This document shows, piece by piece, positions 24,940-39,300 of a stretch of DNA of 64,000 bases. The stretch comes from Flaccisagitta enflata (Eukaryota). The notes under the pieces were generated by a model. That model did not search any database. It was given only the letters and a program-made list of their open reading frames with translations, and was not told where the DNA came from. Both the position numbers and the translations under genes were made by a program. Each line of letters opens with the position of its first letter. The first letter of the stretch is position 1. The stretch covers positions 29,698,001 through 29,762,000 of the forward strand of contig OZ231126.1 in NCBI GenBank assembly GCA_965153355.1, written 5' to 3'.

Positions 24940-26442
24940 AAAGGGCCATCGCTATGAGACTGGCAAATGAGGTGGATACGAATCAAACGAGATTTCCGGC
25001 TGAAAAAAAGCATGCGTAGTTTTTCATCTGTATGACCTATAAACTGTTTACACGCAGTCGTGAGTAGCTTTAGATGATGACCATATAAATAGACCAGTTG
25101 TATTTCCAGATCCGGATTTGAAATAGGAGCGCAATTGTGCTTTAGAAAATTTTCTTTGCCGCTGTTTTGTTTCGTTTTTGATGTTCTCTCATGTGATGGA
25201 ATGCCCTTCCATCCACCGATTTTTTACGCCATCATGCAAATAACTTATTGCGACGAACCACGTGTCAAAATGACCATTGAAGCCTGTCATGTTTCCCAAT
25301 ATTTGCTTACCATCATGCATCACATGTGTCAGGTACTCTTGCTCATTTCAAAAAGATTTCTAGGATAATGAAACTAAATCACTCAGTCAATTCTAAGAAA
25401 TCATCTTCTAGCTTTGTTAATTCAGGTTTTAACAAAAATACAGAATCGTTCAGCAAGCTTATATATTTTAAATAAACAAATACAGTCAGCTGCTGCACAG
25501 TTACAAGCTCGATAAATAATTATGGATTTAATTCTAGCCCCTAGATAATTTCAATTGCGCCGGCAAAAAATTTTCACGTACAAACTTTTAACTGGTGGAG
25601 AATCGACATAAAAACTTCTCATTCAAAATTTGAGGAACAGTTATCAAAATGATAAAATACACGAACGGTGAAAAGCCAAGTACTGGAAGCCTTCTCGCAT
25701 AACTTTTTTGGCATGGAAAAAAATAGATCAATGTTAAGGTACAATAAAGTCGTCTGGCGTGGGCAAGGGAACAAATCACGGGTGAGGTTCACATCTTTTG
25801 TTCTGCGAAACTTAAAAATGGGAAGTGATTCCACACTGTCGTCCAGATTTCGTGCGAGGTTCAACGCACATGTATAAAATGACCTTTTTAGTTGCGGACA
25901 CGCAACTCCATAAGAGGCTTTGTCCGTCCGTCCGTCAGTACGAGTAGAATAGTGAGAAAACCAGCTTTTTGAGTGCTTTCTGCGTAAGAATGAGTGTGTA
26001 TTGGGAGCTGGGGTGTGGGCATAAGTGTATGGCGTGGAATCTCAAAGGGCCGTCGGCAAACAGTTTTAAGTCCGACAGAGCCTCAAGCTCGATAGAGATC
26101 ATTTCTTATTCAGTTTTTCCCATTTCTTATTCAGTTTTTCCCAATCTTAAATTTACTCTCATGAAAGAAATGGCCGCAAAATTTGATAGAAAAACACAAT
26201 CTTTCTCATTCTTCCCCTATGTATGCCTTTTCTCTTCCTGTTTTATTTTTTTTTTATTATTTTTTGCCTTCAGTTTTTAAAAAAGCTTCGGTCCGACATG
26301 GGTTTAAGTCGGACAAACGGGGACGTCGGCTGACGTCCCTGACGTCCTTCCCCGTACACCCATGGGTGTGGGTAGGGGTTGGATGCCCCTGCCCACCCGT
26401 CCGCGACGATATTGTGATCCCGCGTCAGTTGTTTGAACCTCT

Positions 26443-29065
26443 TTATATGCCAGACATGGGGCAGCACAAGTTATCTAGGATGAGCGTGACGTCGATGCCG
26501 TAGAGATCGGCCAGTTCCTCGAGAAAGACTCGATCTCCGATCGGATCCAAACCCAATTCGATGAGAGACTCGGTGGTCAAAGTCCGTTCGCCGGAGACCG
26601 ACGCGTCGAATAGAGTCTGGAATAAGTGGGTGTTGAGCTCCGAGAAAAAGGAAAGGATGGCCGATTCGGACGCCGACGCCGGACATGATCTGCGCGCGAG
26701 GCGAAATGATGAATGAATCAGCTACTTAGAAAGTTACCGAACTTTAAGAATTTGAGAAAAGCTTTAAAGATTCCTCATGTCTAGTTACACACAGTTGAAT
26801 GAAAAAAAAATAGCTAAATGGAAAACTATGAGTGATGCATGATGCATGTAGTAACTATTCGGTGAGGGCTCACAAGGCCCTATTCCATATTTCTCAGTTT
26901 TGGTATTTTGAGAGCTATTATTTCTCTTGTCATAGTCTAACCTGAGCATGTGGGTCAATTTTTGGAATCTGGCTTTGTCGGCGACATTGGGTTTGGCAAC
27001 GGCTTGTAAGGTCGGAACGTGGGTTGTTATCACTTGGTTATCCACGTACACGTCGTAAAGGGAAGTTTTATTTTCAAAGATCTTCTCTGTCGTACCTGAA
27101 AATATTAGGCGTTCGGATAATTACGGCCCGTTGTTGCGAGTGTTGAATGTTCAGCGAGCCAAAACTGTCTCATACAAGCTTTGCAGCCCTCAGACTGGAC
27201 TGTCTAGTTAGCAACAACAGATTAGTCCGTCAAGTTATCTACAGTGAATCGGCAAAGAGAAGCCTATTGTTGTTGGATCTCTCCAGTTGTTGCTTACAGG
27301 CCATGATAATGTTCTTTTCTGTCTCCAAATTGGAGATGTCAGCCACATTGATGTAAAAGTAAGGCATCAGCTCTCTCCTGTCTGCTAGATCCGAAAATCC
27401 GTGGGAACCCAGGCAGCGGGCGCAATATACTGAAACAAACAGTTAATTTCACCACTTGGGTTGGTTATTATTTTATTTTAGAAAGAGAACAAATGATGAT
27501 CAATCTTTTCTTCCATGAGTAATGTTTTCATCAATTGGACAATGGCCGATCATTGAAAATACCTTTGTAACAAACAACTCCGATAGGTGGTTGTGCATAA
27601 AACAGTATCCTCCGCTTCAGAAGAACAAACTTCCAAATGACGAAAATGTTTTCGCCGAAGTATTTGATGAATTGACTGAAGCTACCCGACGGATAGGACA
27701 CCTGACATGAGTTTATATTGGTTTTTCTGTTGAAATGCATTACCGATTCAATTGTTAATGCCATTTTTTTGACGTACTCGCTATTTTCCTTCCTTTACTC
27801 AATGCTCACTTCCTTCCCATAGTCTGGTTAATGTCTAGTTTCAAGGCCGGATTCACGGCTAATAAGTAGTCGGTTGTGGGTAGGCAGGGGCAGTAATGCA
27901 ATGGGCGGGGGCTGTTATGTGGCAGGGCAAAGGCAGTAATACTCAGAAATTGATACACCCGAATTCGCGTTATTCAAATGTTTATGTGACGGACGGGCCT
28001 ATCTACTAAGCGGCACACCCTCACATAAAGCTGCTGCTTAGCAAGCGACTAATAGTAATAATTAGGGATGGAGATGAGGCGACGTACCGAAAAGCTTGAG
28101 AGAATTTCGCTTTGAGATGAGATCGATTGTGAAATTGTTAATCTGGTTTGCTTGTGGTTTAGGTAATATTCTTCTAATGCAGTAAATTCGCCCGGAGAGG
28201 AGAGTTGTGACCTTAGATGGAGAAAGGATTGTACAAAAGACCCAAATTTGGCCTTGCACGTGATGTGGAACACTTGCACATAGATTGATAGCGATTTGAC
28301 CTGGGGCCATTTATTTGCATTTGGGTATGATTCAGCAATGCCACTTACTTGACTTGTTCCTCTAAAAACGGTTTGTGTAAGTGGAGGTACTCAAATGAGG
28401 GCGATAGGACGCCCACGGATTTCATTCGAGCTCCTCTCTCTAATTCACTATGGCTTAGCGTTAGTTTTTCATAGCAGGCTAGTCCATACATATCGCCGTA
28501 TTTGAAGTACCTATATAGAAAGAAAGGCTCATTTGCTGCTGTAAACACGAAGCTTTCGTATTTGGTGTGGTGCGCGGTGAAACATCGTCGTAGGGGTCTG
28601 TTCAAGGAGGTTTATTGGCAAGTAGTGTATTGATGCAGAGTTATTGTAATTGTATTTAATACTTACACAAAATCATTTTGGAGTTTATGGGAGCCACTGG
28701 GAAGGCTTTTGAATTCAATTCCCTCCAAATTTAGGTTCACCGGATAGACCCATTCAATAATGTTTCCTGTTAGTGAATTTTATTAGTTTAAGTAAACAAC
28801 ACTGATAGAGGGCCCTGTCTGCTTTTATGAAATTTCTAATTCTGTCTTTGGACAAAGTGCAGTTCATTTGCTCACCGGATCTTGTGTCAAAGGTAACGAC
28901 AAATACGCCGGTGACATTTGAGTGAGACAAAGGAGATCTGACTAGATTTGTTCTACCGGAGACGTTGTTCACTTTGGACGCTTCGACTTGTCCGTCACCC
29001 GTTCCTTGATTTGTCACCAGCTCGTTGGAAACTAGCATGTCTCTGTCCGAATTGGTTGCCATCAT
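26443..29065 (-). CDS. DENND11: DENN domain-containing protein 11 (LCHN/KIAA1147); 8 exons: 29065-28876, 28766-28667, 28510-28349, 28211-28088, 27701-27563, 27429-27298, 27095-26942, 26689-26443
   Basis: Motifs VFVVTFDTRSGNIIEW, LEGIEFKSLPSGSHK, ELERGARMKSVGVLSP, YFYINVADI, YDVYVDNQ and the C-terminal LGLDPIGDRVFLEELADLYGIDVTLILDNLCCP match DENND11 as I recall it. Confidence 0.92.
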
Positions 29066-31485
29066 ATCCACGGGTGATCGGGTTATGAATCAGGATATTG
29101 GTTCTTATATTCATATGTTATCCATTTGTTTTTAAGTAGCTTCCGCGTTTTCAAATGGTTTTAATCGGTTTATCACTTCATTATAAAACTGATGGTTGAA
29201 CAAGAGACGTCTGCACCATTGAATCGCGTCATTCCAGACACCATGACCTCTGGTGGAAGAAGAGGAGGACCACGACTCTCTTCTTAGCAACCCAAATTGA
29301 TTTAGATGTCGCCTTTGAAGCAGATCGGAAGCTCCATCGGAGTGCATCCTCTTTCGATCATTTTGTGTGGATGTGCCGGAATGTTCCAAGTCGGAGGAAA
29401 CACAGCGGTGTCAATATTATCAAATGACATTGGAAAACTAAACTGGAACAGGTGAATTCTCGGCTCAAAAGGTTGGCTGTCTTGGTATTTGAATGCTTTC
29501 CATATGTGGTCATGGATCAATTTGCCGGCAGGGATTGGTCTGTGAGTTCGCCATCTTCCTTCAGCTTGGCAGGTAGTTAAGGACGGATTGGTAGTTTTCT
29601 GTGCATTTTGAATGGAAGCAACAGTGGCATAAAACTCGCACCTGCTCCTTATGAACGTTTTTGGTGCTTACTAATAATAACAGACATTCGCCGCAGCCCG
29701 TCAAGAAACTGCACACGGAGCCATGTGGGTCCAAGAATATCAGTTGAGCTTCTTGTGACAATGAAACAAAAAAAAAAAAAAAAAAAAAAAAGACCGAAAA
29801 CACCGAAACGTCAACAATATCAACTGTCATCTTTCGCGATTCTTCTGGAGATCTCTGAGTCAACAGCTTTTCATTAATCAATTGTTTGCATCAAATGGCA
29901 ATTCTTGATGAATTTTGCAATCATTTTTTTTTGCCACATCGAGTTATTTCTCGATGTGGTCTATAACATAGCTTTGAACGTGTAGTGAGTCGTTGTTAGT
30001 TTGTTTGTTGTCGTGTCAACCCTTAAAAACTTGAGAACCACAACTCAGATGTTGATGAATCTTGGTCAGTGTTATTTTAGGGCATTAATAACCTGTGTAC
30101 CAACTTTCAACAACATTCATAAATATTTGATACCCTTTGTCTATTATTTTTGTAGTAATATTAATTCCTGGACTTGTGCAATTTACATAGGGGAAGGGTA
30201 GTGAAGGTTCACCAATGTTGTTCAAACTTGTTGTGAAGGTTCATTGCATCAATTAAAGCTCCCCTGCAAGATTTCAGATAATTCTGAGTATTGGTTTTGA
30301 AGATATTAGGGTATTTTGCTAGTAATATTAATTCCTGGACTTGTGCAATTTACATAGGGGAAGGGTAGTAAAGGTTCACCAATGTTGTTCAAACTTGTTG
30401 TGAAGGTTCATTGCAGCAAAAAAAGCTCCCCTGCAAGATTTCAGTAAATTCTGAGTATTGGTTAAGAAGATATAAGGGTATTTATGATTTACCTAGTCTA
30501 GTAACATTATTTCCTAGACTAATGATTTTTTTTTTTTGAAAAAATAAAACTTTTGGAGAAAAAAGATTTTTTTTTTGAAAAAATTTTGTGGTTATCATCT
30601 TTTATTTTTTTTGCGTTTCTGTACATATAGTGTATATGTAGTGATAAAACGAAGAGGCAATCTTTAAGCTTAAAAGTTAAAAAACTGAAAAAAGTTCTTA
30701 GGAAGGTGACTGAAGTTTTGATTTAGGTCATGGTGTACAGGAACAGGAAATTTTGGTTTCATTTTACTTTTTGCATGTGATATACAATTACAATCAAAAA
30801 ATATTATTAGAATTTCAGTTAGATATTTCTAATATAATGCATAAGGTGTTATAATAATGTATTTAGACCCAAAATACTGACTATAGTTTCATAATGATCA
30901 GAAGTGAAAATTAAAAATTTGAATTTTTTAAAAAATGGTGAACAAAATTTTGAAACGTTGTTAGGTGAAATTATATTACAGCCTCAGTTAAGAAAATTTT
31001 GCATTTCTAAGAATATGGCCCTTTTCTTATATGTTTTTAAAAATAGGCCATGTTTTCGGAAATGCAAATTTTTTAATTTTTATGCAATTATATAATTTCA
31101 CCTAACAGGAGTGAGATGACAAAATATAATTTTCTATAAAAAATCTTCTTTCTACCTTTTTTCGATACATTATGTACATCAAATCTGTATTTCAGAGATT
31201 ATCTATGCAAAAATTTACTGATCAACAGTTGAAAAATATTTTTTCAGAAAAAAAAAAATTAGCTAAAAATGATGTAAAAAATATCTCAAAAATTATAATG
31301 ACGCATGAAATTTCTTCTTCCCGTACACTGCGTCTTAGGAAAAAAGTCTTTCACTCAATTGTTTTCATCGTTTGTCCTCTGTTCTTCCTTCTACCTATAC
31401 TTTTGACCGAAATGAAGTGTGCCCCTGCGATGTTCACACTTGAAAATCATTAACATTGTCAAAGCTACAAAGACACTTACCGAGA

Positions 31486-31758
31486 ATGGTGACTGAGGAC
31501 AAGCCATATCGCGTGTCATTCGAGCTTCCCTTTGACACTGAGGAGCACGCGACAATCGCCAGTCGGACGTTGAAGGTGGATGCGGAGCCGAAGCGCAGCG
31601 CCACCGAGCGTCACTTTCAAGTGGACGACCGTCTCCTCAGAGTGGAGATTCGATCTTGCGAACCCAAATACCTGCGCGTCGCCACCAACGCGCTACTAGA
31701 CCATCTCCAACTCATCATCGAAACCATCGAGCTTTTTAAGCTCGAGAACTTTCAATAA
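31486..31758 (+). CDS. LAGE3: EKC/KEOPS complex subunit Pcc1/LAGE3, single exon, 90 aa
   Basis: ELPFDTEEHATIASRTLKVDAEPKRS...LRVATNALLDHLQLIIETIELF is the Pcc1 family pattern. The first ATG is at 31486. Confidence 0.88.
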   Translation: MVTEDKPYRVSFELPFDTEEHATIASRTLKVDAEPKRSATERHFQVDDRLLRVEIRSCEPKYLRVATNALLDHLQLIIETIELFKLENFQ

Positions 31759-31815
31759 ATCTTTTTTTTCGCTGTCAAACTATCACAATCTCTAAAGCGA
31801 ACGGTCACATGCAAA

Positions 31816-32881
31816 ATGGACAAATTCGTGATCCGAAAACGCAAAAGTAATGATGCAATGGAACTTGATCCGGAATTCGAAAAAAAGCGGGCAAAAACTC
31901 CATTACCGTTCAAAAAGATCCAATCTGACAATCTGGATTGTGAATACGGACTCGTTTACTCCCGCGAGGAAGCTCGAGATCTTCTCCAGAGGTGCGAGGA
32001 GGAACTTTCCTACTTCACGGGCCCATTGAGCAAAGTCTTCGTCTTTGGCAAATGGCACGATATTCCCAGAAAGCAAGTGAGATTGGACTGAGATCGTGCA
32101 TTCGTGATTGTAAGGATTTAATGACAAACAATATCCCAATCTCAATTGAGATGAAACCTTTCTGATTTCGCTCTTCTTTAATTCTCCTAGGTGGCATTTG
32201 GTGACGATGGTCTGACTTACAAATACTCAAACAATGTGGTTCCCGCGCGAAGTTGGACGCCTTTGATGCGTAAGATCAAGAACGACGTTGAAACCGCTTC
32301 CGGTCAGAGCTTCAATTTCGTCCTCGTCAATCGATATGCAGGTTCTCTTTTTTTCCCATTGCTGCTCAATGGTCCTTCGGCCTCTAATATATCTGGCTAG
32401 GCTTCTTGGCTGTTTGAATTTCATCCAAGTGAAATCAAAATCATTCATGCCACTTGTTGCCGCTTTCAATCAGATGGCGGTGACCACATGGGCGAGCACA
32501 AAGACGATGAAGAGGAACTGGTGAAAGGGTCTCCGATAGCTTCCTTATCTTTAGGCCAAGAGCGCGATTTTGTATTTCGTCATCAAGATGCACGCGGCGC
32601 CTCCGCAAAAGTGGGTCTTTGCTTTATTGAATAAGTTTTCTATTTGACTTAAGTACCTGACATAGTCTCACGCTTTTTGACGTTGCTCCTTAATTAATCA
32701 GAAATCCTCGGCCACGCCTCCGTCTCCTGTCAAGCTGAAGCTCGAATCCGGCAGCTTGTTGATGATGAACTTTCCGACCAACGACTTTTGGTACCACTCT
32801 TTGCCGAAACGTAGCGTCAAATCCGCTCCCAATGTCAGAATTAACATGACATTCCGTCACATGATTCACGTTCAAAGATGA
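31816..32881 (+). CDS. ALKBH2: AlkB homolog 2 DNA demethylase; exons 31816-32076, 32191-32341, 32474-32610, 32702-32881
   Basis: Motifs VFGKWHDIPRKQVAFGDDGLTYKYS, FNFVLVNRYADGGDHMGEHKDDE (HxD), SPIASLSLGQERDFVFRH, WYHSLPKR and RINMTFR. Confidence 0.93.
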
Positions 32882-32971
32882 TCTTGTTGCTACTGCGATT
32901 TGCGTTGCTATGTTAATGTTCCATTTTCTGCAGTGTTTGATCTTAGTATTTATTTGTCAAAACAATAAACA

Positions 32972-35271
32972 ATGACTTCTCACGGAAAGACGATGTTGAA
33001 GAAGAAACTGTCTGTGAAAGAGCGAATAGAACCATTTTACTTGGGTGGGTCTGTGGCGTATAGTGGCGATGGCTCGCGAGTCTACTGTCAATTCAAGAAT
33101 CACATCAAAGTTCTCAGCGTCGAAGCTGGCAAACAAATCGGACAATGCGGTGATTATTGTCATCTTATGTTTTCGGAAAATCTGTTAAATCTCCACTTCT
33201 TAATCAACTACAATGTGCGAGAACTATCATTTGTTTATCCTCTCTAGTCTATGGTTTTATGCATATTGTTATATTTTGAAATACCCAACTGCCATTCTAT
33301 TTCCAATTAACATATAACACCATTTTAATTAACAATTTAACAGGATCTGAGGATGACGAGGAATTGACTTGTTTCGCTCTGAGTCCCGACGATAGTCAAT
33401 TAGTCAGCGCTTCTCGCGGCTTGCTGATGGTACAATGGGATCCTCAAACCCAGACGCCGTCGAGGACGTGGAAATCCGCGCATCAACTTCCGGTCGAAGT
33501 CATGACCTTCGATTCCACCTCCACTCTCTTGGCCTCCGGCGGCGCGGATGGCACTGTCAAGATTTATGACATGGTCAGTTTGCTGATGAAGATGGTCAGT
33601 TTGCTACAGGGTGTTTCAAGTGAGTTGCAACATAAAGAATCGACATATCTTTGCTTGTAGGAGCTTAAATCAATTTCTGAAAAAAGTTTTATAAAGATCT
33701 TGGTCTTCAGTTTTTGCATGCAAAATTTCATGATAATCAGACAACTCATTTAGACACCACATATCTGAGAAGAACATATGCGATTTCTATCCTTATCAAT
33801 CTTTATTTTTTTACTTCTTACTGTACTTGGAAGTAGCTCTCTTTAGCTGCGTGCCATTTTTTTTACTAATTGAGCTAGAACCCTAGAATTGGTCTCAAAT
33901 CACAGATAATTTGTCAAAGATTTCAGATCTCTTAAAAAATTTGGCAGGTTTTCACTTTTTAAGAAAAAATTTGATTGACCTTTGCAAAAATTGCAATCAA
34001 TGTTTTGATGAGGTTTGACCAAAATCATTAGTAAAGCTATTAAGCGTTCAAAGTTTCCCTGATTTCAAAGCAGATAAGCGATCTATGTTAAATTATCTTT
34101 CATTTGAGACCAATCCCAAGGTATTAGCTCAATTCGTTTAAAAATAGCAGGCACTTGAAGTAAGCTACTGGTAGGTACATCTATAAAAAAGATAATTTTC
34201 CACTGGAAAAGACTGTTCTTTTGATTTTTTACTGACACACATCTATCAATTACTCAAAGTTGAGGTTTGGTATGAAGAAACTGAAGACCAAGATCTTTGT
34301 AGATTTTTTTTCAGAAATCATTTAGAGTTCCTAGAAGCAGAGATATGTCGATTCATCATGTTGCAACTCACTTGAAACACCCTGTATTAAAGATGGTCAG
34401 TTGGTTGAATGAGATGGTCGGTTGGTTGATTGAGATGGTCAGTTTTTGAAAAAGGTCTGTTTGTTGATAAAGACGGTCAGTTTGTTGATAAAGATGGTGT
34501 CTGATAAAGCTAAAAAGTGTTAATTAGTGGACGTTATGATGGTTTAACTCTATGAAGTTCTACTGCCACTTATGTTTTGCCCATTTTAGGTTCACGCTTA
34601 CTGCACGCACAATTTACGCATTCATAAAGGCGTCGTCAAGTTGGTTCAATTTCATCCCGACATTTCCCGACTACAAATTTTTACCTCGAGTGGAGATTTT
34701 AAGATAAGAGTTTGGAATCTTCAAACCAGCGAGATTCTGGCCGTCTTGGACAAACACTTCAGGTGCTTGAAATTTGCTGCCTCTGTTTTCCTCGACTTAT
34801 TCTTTTGTTCTACTGAATGCTGCACTTGTTTTTCTTTAAATTTTATTTTCCAGCTTTTTTTTCATTCCTGATCTTTTTTAGTTGCGGACACGCAACTCTT
34901 ATAAGAGGCTTTGTCCGTCCGTCCATCGGTTGGTTGGTTGGTCAGTCCGTAGAGATGATCAAGTTGAAAACGCGAAAAAGTCATATTTTTGATACTCCAG
35001 TTGGTATGTGAGTTTGTGAGCGTGTGGGAGGGGGTTGGGGGTGGGGTTGGGTTGAGGCTGGGGTTGGATGCCCCTGCCCACCCGTCCGCAACGATATTGT
35101 GACCCCGCGTCACTTGTTTTCTCCTCATGCAATTCTTGTTAATTTTGTTTTAACTTACCCTTCCTTTTCTTTCTTTGTCCTTCCCTCATTTCTTTTCCTG
35201 AGCCTTTCATCCTTTCCTGAGCATTTCATCCTTCCCTTTCTCCTTGCTTTCCTTCCTTCTTACTCTCCTTT

Positions 35272-35302
<31 letters not shown>

Positions 35303-36333
35303 CTTTCTTTCTTTTTTTCGTAGTCCCTTTCCTTTCCTTCTTCCCGCCTGCTTATCGCTCCTTCTTTCTTTTCCATTGTATTTCTTTCATTCTCACTTTC
35401 CATCCCTCAACCCTCGTCCTTAACCTCGCCTTTTCACTCTCCCCACGTCGATCCTTATCAGTCTGGTGACGTCTCTGGCATTCGATCGTGGAGGAAATTG
35501 GTTATTTTCCTCTTCCTGCGACCGGGTTCTCGTCGCCTGGGATTTGACGACATTTGAAGCCGCCAAAGTCACGGCGCTATCCGAAGACATTCGCGCCGTC
35601 ATCGCGCTTCCTCAGGACGCTTTGAAAGGCGCCGTCGATACGGGAAAGAAAGCTTCCTCGTCATCTTCCTCATCAGCCGCTTCGTCGGATTTGGCGCTTT
35701 GCGTCGGCAGTTCCGGCAAAATTCGCGTCGTCGATCCTTTCAACTCTCAAATACTCTTCTCTCAGAAAGAAAGTTTACTTGGAGGATTCGGCGCCGCGGA
35801 TGACGAGCAGCAGGTGACGGGCAATGATGTTGCAACTAAATCGCTTTAATAAGTACCGTATTCGCCAACATAATCACTGCTTGGCAGTTCATTGAAGACC
35901 ACTGAAATCGCGAGTCTTCTCTTTTTGGGCAGCGGCCCCGAAGGGCCGATGTCCTGTAGGACACAGGGTCGAACTGTCTGACAATACGTACGTCCCCCCC
36001 CCCAGCGCCAAAGCTTCTCAAGCCTAAAATATCCACCAAATAATATGGGAAATTGACAAAATGCAATTTACCCATTGAATAACATGGAAAATTAACCAAA
36101 AAAAAATGAAAAGTTTCCATTTGATAACATGGCATATTGACGAGAAGTTGAAATAAATGCAAAATTGAATATCATGGAAAATAGCTACCAAGGCCTCATA
36201 TATGCCCTCTAATAACATATGGAAATTCACCCCTCTGTCCTAATGGACATCGGCCCTTTGGGGCCGCTGCCCTGCTCTCACTCCAATTCTTCAGCTAATA
36301 ACTCCAAGCAGGGCAGTGCAATCCTTGGTTGAC

Positions 36334-36387
<54 letters not shown>

Positions 36388-39300
36388 CGCTCGCTCGCTC
36401 TCTCTCTCTCTATCTATCTCTATCTATCTCTATCTATCTCTATCTATCTCTATCTATCTCTCCCTCCTCCCCCCCCCTCTCTCTCTCTCTCCTTTTCTCT
36501 CCCTCCTCTTACTTCCATACCCCCCTCCCCTCCTCAAAAAAGTTGAAACTGTAAACTGATCTGTTTACTGTATTCAGGTTGATTCCGTGGTGTCGACTGC
36601 GATTTATCTTCGCTCAGCCAACTCAGTTTCTATCGTCTCCAACTTTCACCACATTTTCCACGCCTCACTCTATGATCTCTCCAAACCGGAAAAAGTCTTT
36701 ATGGGTGAGCTTGAATGTAGTTTGAATTTATCGATTTAAAAGTATTTTCTTGATCCTTATCTGTATACGGTTTCCATATAGGCTCGTGAATGTTGCTCGC
36801 TTGATCCACCCAACACTGAAAATATGATAATGATATCGTCGAACTCGTATGGATGAAGTTGAATGTAATACATACATCATTACATGTTCTTAAAGATCCG
36901 GTTTTTAATCGAGATCATTGAAACCAGTTTGGGGATTTTGTTGGTTGTAGGGAATAACGACGAGGTGCTGTCGCTACGACTCATTAACGACGACTCTTTA
37001 CTAGCCGTTGTCACTAATTCCCCCGACATCAAGCTTTACCATGTCGAGACTTTCAACTGCAGGGTAAGTAAATTGCTGCCGTCTTCTTTGGTATAGCAAT
37101 ATTTGCTGGCTGGCTGGCTGACTGACTGACTGACTGACTGACTGACTTACTGGAAAACGAACAAGTTTCTAAGATACCTACTATATGTAATTTCAAACCC
37201 TTCCTTATAAAAACCCCCAGCTTCTTCAAGGACACGAGAAGACGGTTTTGGGCATTGACAATAACGAGAGGCGACGCATTTTGGCTTCGGTCTCAAAAGA
37301 CGCCACGTGTCGCATTTGGAGTTACAAAGACGCCGAAAACGTCGTGTGCGTGGCGTTGGCTTCCGGTCACGCCAAAAGCATCATCGCCTGCGCCTTTTCC
37401 AAACTCGACGGCAGCTTCGTCGTAACTGGTTCGTGAGAGTTGCAGTTTTTGCCTCCTTACCAACTTAAGTGTTATATTTGCTCCTTTCCTATATGTAAGC
37501 TATATGTAAGCGTATGAACATGACCGCACATGCAGCATTCTTACGAGGAATTGCTTCTCACACCCATCTCCTTTCTTTCAAGGTTTGCTTCCACTTAACT
37601 CACGTTCAGTCCACCTTTAACACTTCACACTGTGATGGCCCTCTCCAAAGGCTTTCCTTTTTTCCCTCCCTCACTTGTTTTATCCACAATCCTGTCCAAT
37701 TTCTCCAACGTCGCTTTTCTGCGCGAGCTGTCTTTCATGTTTGTTGTTCATCTTTCCCCGACCCCGCTTGATCAGGTGGGGAAGACATGACGTTGAAATC
37801 TTGGAAGGTGTCGTCCAAATTGACCTCTTCCGCGGCCTCCACGACGGAAAATTCAGAAACCAAGAAACTGAAATCTATTTTCACTTCCGCCGCCGCTCAC
37901 GCCAAAGATATCAACTCCATCTCACTTTCACCCAACGACAAATTCATCGCTACTGCATCTCAGGACAAAACCGGTGAATACGAAACAGTCTTACGCAGGG
38001 TTTTATTCAATGTATTTAAGACCCAGTTTGAAGATATGCGTTCAAGGGCAACGGTGAAGAAATTGCCGAAGGCCAGTAAAATTCAAATCAAGCGATAATA
38101 TAAAATATCAGCTGCTTGTTAATTTACCTAAGGGATTTCCTCCGTATTTCTTCTCTCAGCTAAACTTTGGTCGAGTGAAGACGGGAAGCTGTTGGGGGTT
38201 TTCAGCGGTCACCGACGAGGTGTTTGGTGTGTCGATTTTTCACCCGTCGATCAAATCCTCGGTATGTCTGTGTTGAATTTGGAAGGAGTTACTCATGGCG
38301 TCAGTTTGCCCACCTTCTCTTCAGTCATGTTCATTTATGTTTGTCCCAACCTCGCCGTTTCTACCTCAATGCCTCTTTTTTCCTCTACCCTGCTCTCTGT
38401 CTCTTTAACATGGTAACCCTTTCTCCTTCTCCTCCTCCTCCTCTATCTCCCCTTCCCCTTCCACAGCCACGTCCAGCGCCGACGGTACTCTCAAGTTGTG
38501 GGCGTTGTCTGATTTTTCGTGCATTAAGTCGATCGACGCTCACGACGCCTCCGTCTTGAATTTCTCCTTCGTCACTCGTGGCATGCAAATCGTCTCCGCG
38601 GGAGCTGATGGACTCCTCAAAGTGAGACACTGAAATTTGTTTGCTTCCTGACTGGTCTAGGCCACTCAGCCAATGTTGTGGTCCGGGAACTAAGATAGCC
38701 ATGATGGCAGATTTGAAAACTACCTCCTCCTCCTACTCCCTCTTTTCACTCTCTTCGATACTCCTCTTCCTTGCCTCTCCTCCCTCTCTCCTCACCCCTC
38801 CTCCCCCCGTTTCAGTTATGGACGATCAAAAACTCTGAATGCGCTGGAAGTTTCGATCTTCACGACGCCAAAATTTGGGCTTTGGCGACTGCCTCCAACG
38901 GCGCGCGTGTGTTGACGGGCGCCGCCGACGGCAGAATCCTCTTCCTAGAAGATGTCACCGAATTGGAGGAAATCGAAGAAGCTGGAAAAAGGGAAAAGAA
39001 AATATTACAAGACCAAAACCTCGCCAATTGCCTGCAGCAAAAGGTTTGATACCGTAATATGTGGCTTGTGCAACAATTTATCCTATATAAAACTCATACA
39101 ATTAATCAAAAGGAAACAGAAATTGAACAAAATTTGGAAAAGATATGGACATTTATATAGTGTAAGCTTCCATTACATACACATACATACCTAATCTGTG
39201 GTCTTTTGAAACACTATCAAAATTCCTTAGGCATATACTTTTTACTAAATGTGTCATATTTTCCTATCTTTAAAAATAAATATCTTAAGATTTTATTAAG

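Noticed and set aside
29690-29730. Antizyme-like +1 frameshift site (minus strand TCT TGA C)
   Set aside because: The downstream frame is short and shows no antizyme domain motifs.
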